Below, piece by piece: positions 1 through 11,264 of a DNA stretch of 64,000 bases (its first letter is position 1; each line of letters starts with the position of its first letter). A program made the translations under genes and the position numbers. The stretch is taken from NCBI GenBank assembly GCA_000002445.1, contig CM000208.1:2048001-2112000 (forward strand), given 5' to 3'. Source of the DNA: Trypanosoma brucei (lineage: Eukaryota). The notes beneath the pieces are model-generated. The model saw only the letters and a list, made by a program, of their open reading frames with translations, searched no databases and was not told the DNA's origin.

Positions 1-98
1 GCAGTAGGAAGAGACTGGGGGTGCAATTCTGCTTTATTAAAAATCTTTTCTCAAAAACTTTCACAGTCGTCTCCTCTGTTTCTTTCAAAAAAAAAAAG

Positions 99-3000
99 AT
101 GGAAGAAGATTTAGGCGACTGGGGGCTTCTTAGCATCTCAGATATATTAGACACGGACATTCCTCGTAAAAATGAGGTTTCACCAAGCTCTGCAATTTCA
201 CTTACTGAAGTTGAAATTTCTTTACTGTCTTGTGTTCCAATTTATGCTATACGGTACGTTCAATCACTTATAAAGAATTCCAAAAGTGCTGTTGATCAGC
301 GGATCAATGGTCTTGAAGAGCTGGATACCACTCGCTCCATCAAGCTCAGGCGCTCGCTCGCCACATCAGAGTTCATCCGTGAAAAAATGTTGGGAGCTGT
401 GGAATCGTTTGTGTTGATGACCGGAGAGGAAACGAACAAACCCGGGTTTCTGCGGTCTATTGCCCTACTAGGCCCTATTGTTTGCCCTGATATAAGGTTA
501 TTTTTTAATGCTTTTGTCGAGGGCGTGGAGGCTATGATTTTTAGGATGGATTACACCCAATCCGATATTTCTCAATGTGTTGAGGTTATTCAGTCATTCC
601 AGTCTGGTGCTAACGTGGACGTGCTTACGGCGGAGCAACGACGTCGTCTCTGTTCTGCAGAGTTTTCATTGGCATTGCGCTGCGGGAAACTTAGTGCTGT
701 TGTAAACTGCCTTTTGCATGTGCCAAAGAGCAAGGAGGTTGAGAAATGCTACCGCACTCCCCCGATGCAGTATAGTATTGGTTGTGTTCGAACAGAAATG
801 GATTGCTTCTTAACCCGAGTGTGCGACTTACCTTGCTCTGTCCACCCAGTGCCAGTGTATTGCTTCCCCAATGATGAGAAACTTTTTCTTTGTAGTAGGT
901 CCCGTGGTTGGGTTCTTGACCAGTTGGGCATGATGGGGACCCGCTTCAAGGTTCGACAACAGTTTGACATTTCGTCGCGGAAAGGCGCGCGCATCATTCA
1001 CTGCAATGAGAAAAAGTTTTTGGCGGTTTATCAGTCTTCATCTGCTACGGGGGGCCTTCGATACGTTATGGAGAGGTGGGATCGTGAGCCAGGCAAACAG
1101 CCAGAGACGTCGGAGATATCATTTTGTTTTGATGACAATTCAGCCGCCGCGCGCGATGTTGTGTTTGATGTTTACGGTAGTACTCTGACATGCCTTGTGT
1201 GTAGCAAAGCATCGAGGCTGTCGAACAGCAAATGCTATTTGGTTAGTGGTGATGTTGACGTAGTCTTGTCTAAGAGCCGGAGTGAGTTTCAGGTGGGTTC
1301 GCAACATGCGTTGAGGCGAGGCCCTTGTTCATGGCCCTTAAGGAACAAGTGCTATTATTTTACCAAGACAAACTGCATATCAGTTGGAAGAGTAACGTTG
1401 AAGGAAAATTTTCATCCATTTAGCATTGAGTTGTGGGTCTATCCATGTAACTGCTCCGATAATCAGGCGATTTTATCCATTGGTGATAAGAATGCAGATG
1501 AGATTTTGATCGAGATCGAACCCACTTCAGATGGTGTGCTATTGCGGGGCGGGACGAGGACTCCACACCTTGGGGTATCCTTTGTTTCTTACCATATTCC
1601 GGGGAAGCCAACATTTTGTTATCGATGGTGGCACCTGGGTCTTCTTTTTAAGGGTAACTCCTGGGAGTTATGGGTCAATGACTCGGTTGTTGCACAGGCG
1701 CCTGCGCTTGTGTGGCCAGAAGCGATAAGTGATGCAGTGTGCTGCCTTGGGAAGTCATTTGTCGGCTTTTTGGTTGAGGTGCGCATTTGGAACTGCTATC
1801 GACCCGCCCCGCAACTTTACAGGGATGGCAGGCGATCTTTAACAGGGGCAGAGGCGACTCTTGTGGGTTATTATCCCCTTGACGAGGGGGAGGGTGATAT
1901 TATAGCAGATCATGCCCCTGGGGGTAGTCATACTATTTTGCACCACGGGCAAGCCAACTGGTCCAGTGTCGACACTTTTCCTGTTGAGCCACCCCGGGCG
2001 ATGAGGTACATTGATGAGTTCGCACCGATTACGTGGCGCGAGTCGTCTGGCAGTATATATTTTTCTAGCTCGCCAGGATATGTTGCTCTAGCTGTGCTTG
2101 CTGACGGGCCGTGCCTTATGATTTGCGAGTATGCGGTGCACAATTTGCTTCTGATGTTCCAGGTACGGGTCGACCTGCCAAGCCGGACGGCGCTTAAGGA
2201 CCTTGCGTATAACGGTCTGCGCCACTCTTTGGTGTGTTATGCGTCATCTGCTGACCATCCCAGGCGCCTGCTAGTGTGGGAGTTACACAAGCAACACCAT
2301 CTCTTTCTGAAAGAAACGTACAAGAGCATTTGGGACTGCGAGAGGGACTTATTGACACAGTGTTCGGCTTACGCTGGCCGGGTTGTAAGTTCCGAGCGGT
2401 GCCTCATTGATCAACTCGCGTGCTTCGTGCAGCTTCCCACACTTGTCGTAGATGCGTCGGAGGGACTTTTGGGAGGTTTACTCAAACTTATACGAGTTGT
2501 GTTGCTGGAGCAAAAGGAGCGAGATCACGCTGCGCAGTTGTGTTCTTTGCTTCACGCGAACCTGCTCTATAGGGTAGAGAGAGACCCTGAGGTCCTTAAA
2601 AGGGAAATTGGAGCCCCCTTCCCCGATGCACAAAGTTTAATAAATGTCGCACAGTGCTGTGGTGAGGCGACCGACCCGCGGAATGCGTTGCTGCGCCTTT
2701 CTTTCCAGGAGTCTTTCTTCGATACCGGTCTCCTTTCTATGACGTGTCGGTGCCTGCTTTCAGGAGGGTCCCGCCTTGCTTTTATTAAGGGGCAGGCAGG
2801 GCGACCGAGGCTAACAGAGAAGGAGGATATGCTCTTTCGGTCGTTGCTCGAGTATTATGAGTCGGTGCAGGCATCAAGCTCTCTGATCACGAATGCAGAG
2901 AGTGCCCAACTCTTTTGCACGTCTTTAATGGCGGAGGAGATTTTTCAGGTGGAGCGATGGATCTCTCGTCGTGGTAAAGCCGTGGACGCTGTGAAGAGTG

Positions 3001-6000
3001 TAAGTCGATGTCTTGAAGTCTTCCAAGAGATTCTGCTCGCGAAAACTGTGGAGGAACGCGGGGGCGATTGTGGTGGTTACGTCGCGTCGTATGCGAAGCT
3101 TCTTTTGAAGACGAGCGAGAAAATAATTGAATCTTTTCTTAAGGCCATTCACACTAAGCCCGAAAACTGTTGGTCTGGATTGGTCACATGCATGGAGTAT
3201 AGTACTGTTGGCTCGCTTCTACCGTCCTTCAGCGTCGCCTTTTCGCTTCTACCCACCAGTGTGCAGGCGAACTGCGTACCCTACTTGAAGGGGTGCCGTG
3301 AGGCTTTATTTTCCCTTACTGAGGCTCTCCCAGGGAGCGAGCGGCTCCCTTACGACCTTGGGGTAGCACTTACCTCGGCGCTGTGTCGCATTGGCTGCTC
3401 GCTACTGGTTTCTTCGGATATGGTAACTGTCAAGGTGGATCCTAAGTACCTTCAGCTGATGTCCTGCGGAATCCGTAAGATTGGATCGGAGAGAGATGCA
3501 ATCATCAAAAATTTGCAGCAAGGAGTGGGATCTATTTCAAAGGTGGTTGAAGAGTTGCGCCGTGAGGACCCTGGAGCGCTGCTTGTTCTTCGTGATAGCC
3601 GCTTGATGAAGCTCGAATGCTTACTTATGGCATCATTTTGTGCGTTACTAATGCCAACAGAATCTTTGAGACGTGCAACAAAGCAAAACTTGTCCCCAAT
3701 GTTTCGGCATGTGCACAACATGAGGCCACTGATTCTTTCTATACGTCAAGAGGACCCTGAGTATCTTGAGGTTATTGGGCAAAGGGCTCTTTTTTTGGCC
3801 CGATTTGAGCCCATATGTGGGTCAAGGACCGAAGGGACGCCTCGTGTTAGACGTTACGCGAAAGATGTGAACCCCCAGAAGAAATGGAGGCGTTTTTTTC
3901 AGATTTGGAAAGCGCTGCGCTCTTTGAAGACGAAATTGCCTCAGCAACGGGACGCCGACGTTGGGGATATGAGCGCAATCATTGTGCAATTTCTTCATGA
4001 CAAGAAAATGGGTCGTGACAGCGTTGATCGTCTTGTTGCACAGCAAACTCAGCGTGCACAATACCGCCTCTCCGGTATGCTTTTGCTTCGACAGCTTATG
4101 GAAGAGGCAAGGGTGAGCGAGCCACTGGCAAAAATTGTTCTTCCTGTTTTAGCCAAAACGTTCACGGGATGGCATTATGCAGACAGCGTCCAGTGTTGCT
4201 CAAAGGAGGATTTTCTTCGACTCCATGGTGCTTTCTTTCAGCTTTTGGAACTGGTTGTCGGCGCCGTAGGTAGCGAGGAGCGCAATCTTTGGGCCGACAC
4301 CCTATTGGCATTGTTAACTTCGGAGCTTAGAGTAACAGATTTTCAGAGAATGAGAGGCGATGTGGCTACGAAGCTCCGGACACTGTGGCGGTTTGAGAAC
4401 CGCAGGACGGCCGGTTGTTCGGTTCTCAACGGGAACATACCCGAGGTTATTCGCTCCACACTGCTTTCTCCTGGTGGAACCGCGCCTTCACTGGTTGTTG
4501 GGCGCTCTGGTTGTACTTTGAAGGGCCTAGGGTGCAGGGGGACGTCTGTGGCCCCATGTGAGTGGTCGCTGGGTCGCAAGAGTGTCTCATACTTTTTTGA
4601 GGTACAAATCGTGGACTTGTGTCCGGGTGCAAATTGTTGTATCGGTGTCGGCCCCGCCGAGTATAACGTGTCGCGACTCCCTGGCTGGGACGGCGATTCG
4701 TATGCTCTGCACAGCAGTGAAGGAGTACTTTACGAAGGTAACACCTTGGGTCGTCCTGTGGGATGCACGTTCGGCATCGGAGACGTCGTAGGTTGCGGCT
4801 GGAACACTGAAGCAAGGGAGCTTTACTGGACCAAAAATGGAAGATACGTTGTTGCCACAGCACACGTGTTGCAACAACAATTGCACCCGTTGATTGGAAT
4901 TTCTGGGAGAGGACTCGTCAAAGTAAATTTCGGTCGGGACCGGTTTGTTTTTGACAAGCTAAAGGTGTCTCGGCCCCCAAGGCGAAATATTGGGGAACGT
5001 GCATGGGATGTATTTCGCATGTTTTCGCTTCGCGCTGCTCTTTGTGCCGTTGAGCTCCGTAATGACTCGTCGTCTTCACCCGACAGTGCAGTTGAAGACA
5101 TCCGGGCCCGTCTTGAACAATGTTTTGGATGTATATGTGCGGAGATCGATCGTGCGATTTCGCTCCCTTTGTCTGAGCCTTTCATTACATCTCTGTGCTC
5201 CCATTTGACTGTCTTGGCCAAGGTGCTCACCCCTGCACAAGGTGAGATCCTCACGCCATGTGTTCAATGTGTGGTGACAGTTCTGCAAAAAGGAACCAAT
5301 TATGCCCTCACAGACCGCACCTGTAGCTCGAGGCTGCGTTGTTCCCTCATCACAGCGTGGTGTAGTTTCATGAACTTGGCCCCACCACAGGCGATTGTGG
5401 AAGATGACCAGTATCCAAGGTTTCTTGAGACGTTGCTTTCGCTGGCTCGGGAACTTGAGTGGGGTGCCGTTCGGAAGTTGGGAAGCGTGGGTGAGGTCTT
5501 TGCTCCCATTGAAGCTTGGACGGCCTTGGCGCTACTACAGCGCATGAATTGTCACAATTCAACTCATTACTGGGGAGAGAAGTTGCATGCATGGATCGTC
5601 CAAAGTGTTGGGGATACATCCGATTATACTAACATATCCCTCGCCCTTCGTATAATCAATGGCGCATCACGGCTCGCTGTCCCGGGGGATCGTATCGTGG
5701 TGTATAAATCGAAGCACACAAAGTTAGTCGCCACGGTGGTGGATTACTCTCTTGAAGATGAAACGTGCGAGGTGATCGAGTGCGAGGAGAAGCGGCAAAC
5801 CGTGTCTTTGCGGCGAGCAGACATTGTCGTTGGGGATGATTCGTCGTTATTTCCTCAGACAGGCAATATGTTTCACCAAATTCAGCTGACTCACGTTTTC
5901 CAGCTAGCCCAGTCGCTCTGTAGTGAGCGGGAAGTGGAAGACGTAACCTTGAAGACATCTCTACATTATAGGGTGCTCGCCATCTTTTGGCAGTGCGCTC

Positions 6001-9000
6001 AGAGAGGTTTTCTTACGACCGCTTCCGGACTTATCCCTCTGTTGAGTAGGGCTTTGGATAATGTGGAAAGTACACCCGACGGATACCAAGTGCTGCTGCA
6101 GGAGAGATTAGTAATTGAGAACTGCTTGCTGGGGAGGGCGGTTAGTGCTACTGATTCTGCTTCCAACGGCAATAGCCATGATAGTAAGCCTCCTGCGATT
6201 CCTGAGGTGGGCGATCCACCTGGTGCTAGTGCCAGGGAACTGCGGGCGCGTCTTGCTCAAGAGCTGTCCATGCGCGGGTACAATATTGACCTTTGTTTTA
6301 TGGCACTAGACGAGACGGGGAATGATCCGCATGCAGCTCTCCAACTACTTGGTGACCATCATGAAGACTTCATGTCTGCCCGACGCCGTACGACACCCTC
6401 TACCACTGACGACGAGGATATTAGCACCGACGAAGCGGAAGAGACTGCTGAGTATGATATGCACGATATCTTTAGTCCTGAAAGTGAAGATGGCATGAAC
6501 GAAAATGTGTCTGTAGATCAGTGCGACTCCCTTACCGATTGCATCCGCTTCCTTGGGGGTTATGTGTCCATTACGTTTGAACACTCGCTGGGGGATCAGT
6601 TTACCGTTGATTTGCAGTTGTACCTTTTTGACGTTACAGCAACACAGGATGTACTCTATCAGTTGGCTGCCCAGGGCGAATGGGAGCTGGTGGCACGCGT
6701 TCAGGATTCTTCTTTCTACTGTGGGTGGATGCGGCGGGGCGATGCCGGACCCTCGCTCTGCAAGGCACCTATCGGATATTCAAGTACGACACGATGGGTG
6801 CAGTTAACGGTGGTGCAGGGGGAGTCCAGGTTTTCCCTCTATAAGTGTGGCGTTCTTCAGTGTGATATGGAGATCCCCTTCAGGGGTCGCTTATTTGAAA
6901 GTGGACTGCATCTTGGTGGGTGTGCAGACGACGAGGAAACCCGACTTAACGGGGGCATAAGGGATGTTAGGTTCTATAGTTGTGCGCTGACGAGTGAGGA
7001 GGTAAGCCGGCTGACAGCAATGCGGTCGGACGGCAGGCTTCCACAGTGCACCCTCAGGTTGGAGTGTACCAGCGAAACGATAAAGGCTGTTACAGCAGAT
7101 CCCAGATTGAATGCCAGTCTTGCTATCACTGGGGCGGTTACATGGTTTGAGCAGATCAGCGGGCATGGTCGCACTGGCGACGTCTGCAACCCCGAGGTTG
7201 ACTTGACAACCCAGAACGGCGAAGGTGGCATTTTCGTCATTGAAACTGTCAATGAGGACAGTAGTGTCTCCGCTGTTTGGTTTAAGCGAAAGGACCAACC
7301 AAGGGAGCAAATTTTTGCCGCCATCCAAAAACTTGATAGGCAACTTATCTGCTACTACGCCGTAGCTATAACAACTCATCTAATGAGTCGGACTCCAGAG
7401 CCGGAGCTGTGTCTCACACCGGAGCAGGTTCGTCGCATGGTTCAGTTTGTAGTGAATTCCAGCGACGCTAATCTGTTCAAGTCGTTTGGCCACGCCCTCC
7501 AGCACATAGCGATGCGCGAAAATATTAGCATAATTAATTATGCGATGCAGGAACTTGTAGATGTGCTTCAGCGGGAGCAGAAGATGCTTGTACTAGAGTC
7601 ATCGCATCCCTTCAAGTCTGCTCTGGAAACAGCCCATGAGGTGCATGTCCCTGGTAGGCGAGAATATGAATTACATTTTGACACGCGTTGCTCGAGTAAC
7701 ATGCTCGTAACCTTTTGTGCAGAGCACACACTTTCTACCGTTATTGCCCACGCTCCAGGATATGCACTGAACTCTCTGTGCATACGCGCATCGCGTTTTT
7801 TCATAGATGTGCGCATCGATATATCTGCTGCGCAATGGGGGTACAAGATCGCCGTTCTGTACGATCTATCGGTAGCACGTTCCGCTGCTCAACTTGTTCG
7901 AACAACTCTCTCCGCAGTAACGGCAAAAGGCATGGAGCGAGTTCCCTTTCTCAGGACGAGGGAGTGTTTTGGTGGCTTAGAAAATGCTGTTAGAGTTAAC
8001 GTCGGTGTTACACGCCGTCTCATACTTTCGTGCCTGACGGACCTGTTCCTTCATGTGTTGGAGTATGCTGAACCAATGCCCCCGGTAACATGCGTGCATG
8101 ATCTTCGGCGGATGTCGGAGCGACTTTTCCGTCAAGCTGTGGGGCCCCAGCATCTCCACAGTCGTTTCGTGCAGGTTGTTTCCGAGTTTTACGTTGCTTT
8201 CAGTGATGCTGAGCAATGTCTTAGTCTCGTTGATGAGGAAAGGAAGAAGGTGTTGGGTAGGGTGTACGATGCCAGTGCGGATGCTGACCGTTTTCAGCGC
8301 AAGAGGCTGGAGCAGCGCAACCTTTACAAACGCCGCGAAGGATTGCGTGTCAATGTGGAAAAGGTCCTCCACGTTGAGAGTCTTCGAGTTGGCGTGAATC
8401 AAAACAAGACAATTTTGGCCTGTAGTGAGCTCTCAGGAAGCTCACTCATTGCAGACGTGCCACTTGGACGTGGGCGTTGGTACTTTGAAGTTCGCATGAT
8501 GTCAACGGGTGATGTATTTATCGGTGTCCTTCCTTCTCGGACACATAGTTGGACGGATTTGCCAACTCTAGAGACTTTCGTGGCGTTTAACGGTAAAACG
8601 GGCACGTACCATGGAGTGAAAAATGTTGCTGTTGCACCCCGTCGTATTTGGAAGGCTAAAGACTATGTAGGTGTGGTGATGGATGGTGCCCAAAAGATTT
8701 GCTCCTTTTTCGTAAACGGTCAGGACACTGGACTGTTTTTCCCGTTTGGTGAGAACGAGGTGGAGGCCACTGCGGCTGCTGGTGCCAGGGCCGCCGGTGA
8801 GCAGGAAGTGATATACCATCCCCTCTTCGTGTTGGATGAGGCAGAAGGGGTTACCATTAACTTTGGTGGGGCGCACTTTGAATACGAGCTGCCCCGTAAT
8901 TGTTTTCCCCTTGATCCAGCGAACCTTACTTTGGGGACATTAATTCCTTACAATCAGGTACGAGCTTTTCACGACCTTGCCGCGTACTTCGCGTCCGGCG

Positions 9001-11264
9001 GAAGAACTACTTTACCTCCCTTTTTCCATGAGGAGGCAAATCCTTTCGAGAATTCAACGGAGCGCTTGGGACCACCGCACGTCTCTCTCCATTCCACGTC
9101 GGGTGTGCAGGTGAGCCTGCTCCACGTGCGAAACACGGGGCTGCTCTTTGCCACTGTGAGGGCAAACTGCCGTGTGACCGGGGGGAAATGGTACTACGAA
9201 GTTATGTTGCGCTCCCAAGGACTCATGCAGATTGGATGGTCGTCGTCGAATGAGTCGCGGGAAGACAGTGTTGGTGATACAGCCGGCTCGTGGTCTGTGG
9301 ATCTTTTTAGGCGTGTAAAGTGGCACGACGGTAAGGCTGAGCCCTTTACCTCGTCAAGAAGGTGGGTCGTTGGTGATGTTATTGGTTGTGCGATCGACCT
9401 GGTTGCGAAAAAAATGATTTTTTCGTGTAATGGTCGTCTTCTTTGCGATACGAATTTGTTTGACTGCACGTTCACGGGCCTTCCGGATGGTCTCAGTTAC
9501 GAACCTGCTGTTTCCATGAGGGCTGGAAACGAGGTGATGTTCAACTTCGGTTCTTCCACTCTAAGGTACAAACCTGAAGGCTTCTGCGCATTAGGTGTCC
9601 CTGACTCTTGGAATGAGCGGATCGACGCGTTTTATTCTACTTTACGTCCATCCACCACACTGCTGCGTCTCCAAGCGCTGCGGAGCATTTGGCTGTCAGC
9701 TGACAAGCTTTTGAGGGATGAGGTTCTAACACCTTATGAAAATGTTGTCGCTGCATTGGAACAATACTGTCGACAGCACGGCAAGAGCATTGTACAAGTT
9801 ACGGAGGATGTCTGCGCTGACTGTTTTCGTGATTCATCTGTTTCGGTGAAGAAGGCTTTGGAGGCCTACAGAGTGCTCGTTGCCTTTTCCCGTGTCGCAC
9901 AGACTGTTATTCCCTTACTTCATCTAGATACGCGGCACCCTAACGTCTCGACCAAACTGTTTCTGATGTGCCGAACCCTCATTTTCACTTCTATTCGTAA
10001 TGAGATGGTGGACGACATCGTGCGGGAAACAAATGTTCGATGTGAGCATTTTCGTGTGTCTATTAATCGAGTGAATGCCCGAGCGAATAAAGCCTCGTGG
10101 ATGTCATCTGTCTTCGGTCAAACCTTTTCGCTTGTAGCAGATCAGAACCCACGTATTTTTTGTACAAACAGGAGATTTTGGAGTGTGGTATTCCTTGGTG
10201 AGGGCGCTGAGGACGTTGGCGGTCCCTTCCGCGAGCATATTAGTGAGATGTGCCGGGAGCTCATGAGCACAGAGCTGCCTCTCTTTGTGCCCACTGCGAA
10301 CAACGTACATAACACTGGGAGTTACCGTGACGCCTTCGTTCCCGCCGCGTCCGCATTGAGTGATACGGAGCTTTCCGCATACGTCTTTGTCGGCCAGTTG
10401 ATGGGAGGTGCTTTAAGAAACAACGAGCCGTTGGGGCTCTTTTTCCCTCCTCTTGTGTGGAAGTTCCTGTGTTTCTACCCCATAACGGAGTCAGATATCG
10501 ATGACATTGATCGGATTTGCCTGCAGTGTATACGGGAGTTCCGCAGCCTCAATGACCGCCTTGGATCAAGCGACATGTATGACGAGGTGTTTGACTCAGA
10601 GACATTCACGACACGATTGAGTGATGGCACTTTGAAAGAACTAATCGCTGGTGGTAGTGGGATGCGGGTGACATTCGATCGTTGTGGGGAGTATGCTGAT
10701 GCACTCTCCGCCGCGCGGATGAGCGAGTTCAATACCCAGCTACAGAAGATACGTGAGGGTCTGCTCAATGTGATACCGGAAACTGTGCTCTGTTTGCTGA
10801 CCCCCTCTGAGTTGGAACAGCGCGTTTGTGGGAAAGCGGACTACACTGTCGAAGAGCTGAGGGGGGGTACTGTGTACGAGGGCCTAACCAGCGATGACCG
10901 TCGTGTGCAGCTACTGTGGCAGGCGCTGGAAGACGCGACGATGCAGCAGCGCCGTTTGTTCCTACGCTTTGTCTCCGGGCGTGACAGGCTTCCAGTAAAA
11001 TTGCGTATCTTGCCGCTCTTAACGTCGGATGATGCGGACAGCACGCTCCCCCGTGCTGCGACATGCTTCTTTGCGCTTGAGCTTCCTGACTACTCTTCTC
11101 TTGAAGTGATGAAGGCCAAGCTGTACTACAGCATCGAAAACTGTGCCGATATTGATGCCGATTTTAATCCGCCGGAAGTGGACGAGGCGGAGGCGCCGCA
11201 GCTTATGATAGGTGTTGAGGACGCGCGACAAGACGAGGCTGAGTCTACCACACCGAGTGATTAG
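99..11264 (+). CDS. Giant HECT-domain E3 ubiquitin-protein ligase with three SPRY/B30.2 domains (~3720 aa from the Met at 99)
   Basis: One uninterrupted ORF from 21 to 11264. The likely initiator is the ATG at 99 (MEEDLGDW), just after a poly-A/T tract. The C-terminus (…TCFFALELPDYSSLEVMKAKLYYSIENCADID) is a typical HECT C-lobe with the catalytic Cys. Three SPRY-like cores are visible: VSYFFEVQIVD…IGVG, GRWYFEVRMMSTGDVFIGV and GGKWYYEVMLRSQGLMQIGW. Confidence 0.8.
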   Translation: MEEDLGDWGLLSISDILDTDIPRKNEVSPSSAISLTEVEISLLSCVPIYAIRYVQSLIKNSKSAVDQRINGLEELDTTRSIKLRRSLATSEFIREKMLGAVESFVLMTGEETNKPGFLRSIALLGPIVCPDIRLFFNAFVEGVEAMIFRMDYTQSDISQCVEVIQSFQSGANVDVLTAEQRRRLCSAEFSLALRCGKLSAVVNCLLHVPKSKEVEKCYRTPPMQYSIGCVRTEMDCFLTRVCDLPCSVHPVPVYCFPNDEKLFLCSRSRGWVLDQLGMMGTRFKVRQQFDISSRKGARIIHCNEKKFLAVYQSSSATGGLRYVMERWDREPGKQPETSEISFCFDDNSAAARDVVFDVYGSTLTCLVCSKASRLSNSKCYLVSGDVDVVLSKSRSEFQVGSQHALRRGPCSWPLRNKCYYFTKTNCISVGRVTLKENFHPFSIELWVYPCNCSDNQAILSIGDKNADEILIEIEPTSDGVLLRGGTRTPHLGVSFVSYHIPGKPTFCYRWWHLGLLFKGNSWELWVNDSVVAQAPALVWPEAISDAVCCLGKSFVGFLVEVRIWNCYRPAPQLYRDGRRSLTGAEATLVGYYPLDEGEGDIIADHAPGGSHTILHHGQANWSSVDTFPVEPPRAMRYIDEFAPITWRESSGSIYFSSSPGYVALAVLADGPCLMICEYAVHNLLLMFQVRVDLPSRTALKDLAYNGLRHSLVCYASSADHPRRLLVWELHKQHHLFLKETYKSIWDCERDLLTQCSAYAGRVVSSERCLIDQLACFVQLPTLVVDASEGLLGGLLKLIRVVLLEQKERDHAAQLCSLLHANLLYRVERDPEVLKREIGAPFPDAQSLINVAQCCGEATDPRNALLRLSFQESFFDTGLLSMTCRCLLSGGSRLAFIKGQAGRPRLTEKEDMLFRSLLEYYESVQASSSLITNAESAQLFCTSLMAEEIFQVERWISRRGKAVDAVKSVSRCLEVFQEILLAKTVEERGGDCGGYVASYAKLLLKTSEKIIESFLKAIHTKPENCWSGLVTCMEYSTVGSLLPSFSVAFSLLPTSVQANCVPYLKGCREALFSLTEALPGSERLPYDLGVALTSALCRIGCSLLVSSDMVTVKVDPKYLQLMSCGIRKIGSERDAIIKNLQQGVGSISKVVEELRREDPGALLVLRDSRLMKLECLLMASFCALLMPTESLRRATKQNLSPMFRHVHNMRPLILSIRQEDPEYLEVIGQRALFLARFEPICGSRTEGTPRVRRYAKDVNPQKKWRRFFQIWKALRSLKTKLPQQRDADVGDMSAIIVQFLHDKKMGRDSVDRLVAQQTQRAQYRLSGMLLLRQLMEEARVSEPLAKIVLPVLAKTFTGWHYADSVQCCSKEDFLRLHGAFFQLLELVVGAVGSEERNLWADTLLALLTSELRVTDFQRMRGDVATKLRTLWRFENRRTAGCSVLNGNIPEVIRSTLLSPGGTAPSLVVGRSGCTLKGLGCRGTSVAPCEWSLGRKSVSYFFEVQIVDLCPGANCCIGVGPAEYNVSRLPGWDGDSYALHSSEGVLYEGNTLGRPVGCTFGIGDVVGCGWNTEARELYWTKNGRYVVATAHVLQQQLHPLIGISGRGLVKVNFGRDRFVFDKLKVSRPPRRNIGERAWDVFRMFSLRAALCAVELRNDSSSSPDSAVEDIRARLEQCFGCICAEIDRAISLPLSEPFITSLCSHLTVLAKVLTPAQGEILTPCVQCVVTVLQKGTNYALTDRTCSSRLRCSLITAWCSFMNLAPPQAIVEDDQYPRFLETLLSLARELEWGAVRKLGSVGEVFAPIEAWTALALLQRMNCHNSTHYWGEKLHAWIVQSVGDTSDYTNISLALRIINGASRLAVPGDRIVVYKSKHTKLVATVVDYSLEDETCEVIECEEKRQTVSLRRADIVVGDDSSLFPQTGNMFHQIQLTHVFQLAQSLCSEREVEDVTLKTSLHYRVLAIFWQCAQRGFLTTASGLIPLLSRALDNVESTPDGYQVLLQERLVIENCLLGRAVSATDSASNGNSHDSKPPAIPEVGDPPGASARELRARLAQELSMRGYNIDLCFMALDETGNDPHAALQLLGDHHEDFMSARRRTTPSTTDDEDISTDEAEETAEYDMHDIFSPESEDGMNENVSVDQCDSLTDCIRFLGGYVSITFEHSLGDQFTVDLQLYLFDVTATQDVLYQLAAQGEWELVARVQDSSFYCGWMRRGDAGPSLCKAPIGYSSTTRWVQLTVVQGESRFSLYKCGVLQCDMEIPFRGRLFESGLHLGGCADDEETRLNGGIRDVRFYSCALTSEEVSRLTAMRSDGRLPQCTLRLECTSETIKAVTADPRLNASLAITGAVTWFEQISGHGRTGDVCNPEVDLTTQNGEGGIFVIETVNEDSSVSAVWFKRKDQPREQIFAAIQKLDRQLICYYAVAITTHLMSRTPEPELCLTPEQVRRMVQFVVNSSDANLFKSFGHALQHIAMRENISIINYAMQELVDVLQREQKMLVLESSHPFKSALETAHEVHVPGRREYELHFDTRCSSNMLVTFCAEHTLSTVIAHAPGYALNSLCIRASRFFIDVRIDISAAQWGYKIAVLYDLSVARSAAQLVRTTLSAVTAKGMERVPFLRTRECFGGLENAVRVNVGVTRRLILSCLTDLFLHVLEYAEPMPPVTCVHDLRRMSERLFRQAVGPQHLHSRFVQVVSEFYVAFSDAEQCLSLVDEERKKVLGRVYDASADADRFQRKRLEQRNLYKRREGLRVNVEKVLHVESLRVGVNQNKTILACSELSGSSLIADVPLGRGRWYFEVRMMSTGDVFIGVLPSRTHSWTDLPTLETFVAFNGKTGTYHGVKNVAVAPRRIWKAKDYVGVVMDGAQKICSFFVNGQDTGLFFPFGENEVEATAAAGARAAGEQEVIYHPLFVLDEAEGVTINFGGAHFEYELPRNCFPLDPANLTLGTLIPYNQVRAFHDLAAYFASGGRTTLPPFFHEEANPFENSTERLGPPHVSLHSTSGVQVSLLHVRNTGLLFATVRANCRVTGGKWYYEVMLRSQGLMQIGWSSSNESREDSVGDTAGSWSVDLFRRVKWHDGKAEPFTSSRRWVVGDVIGCAIDLVAKKMIFSCNGRLLCDTNLFDCTFTGLPDGLSYEPAVSMRAGNEVMFNFGSSTLRYKPEGFCALGVPDSWNERIDAFYSTLRPSTTLLRLQALRSIWLSADKLLRDEVLTPYENVVAALEQYCRQHGKSIVQVTEDVCADCFRDSSVSVKKALEAYRVLVAFSRVAQTVIPLLHLDTRHPNVSTKLFLMCRTLIFTSIRNEMVDDIVRETNVRCEHFRVSINRVNARANKASWMSSVFGQTFSLVADQNPRIFCTNRRFWSVVFLGEGAEDVGGPFREHISEMCRELMSTELPLFVPTANNVHNTGSYRDAFVPAASALSDTELSAYVFVGQLMGGALRNNEPLGLFFPPLVWKFLCFYPITESDIDDIDRICLQCIREFRSLNDRLGSSDMYDEVFDSETFTTRLSDGTLKELIAGGSGMRVTFDRCGEYADALSAARMSEFNTQLQKIREGLLNVIPETVLCLLTPSELEQRVCGKADYTVEELRGGTVYEGLTSDDRRVQLLWQALEDATMQQRRLFLRFVSGRDRLPVKLRILPLLTSDDADSTLPRAATCFFALELPDYSSLEVMKAKLYYSIENCADIDADFNPPEVDEAEAPQLMIGVEDARQDEAESTTPSD

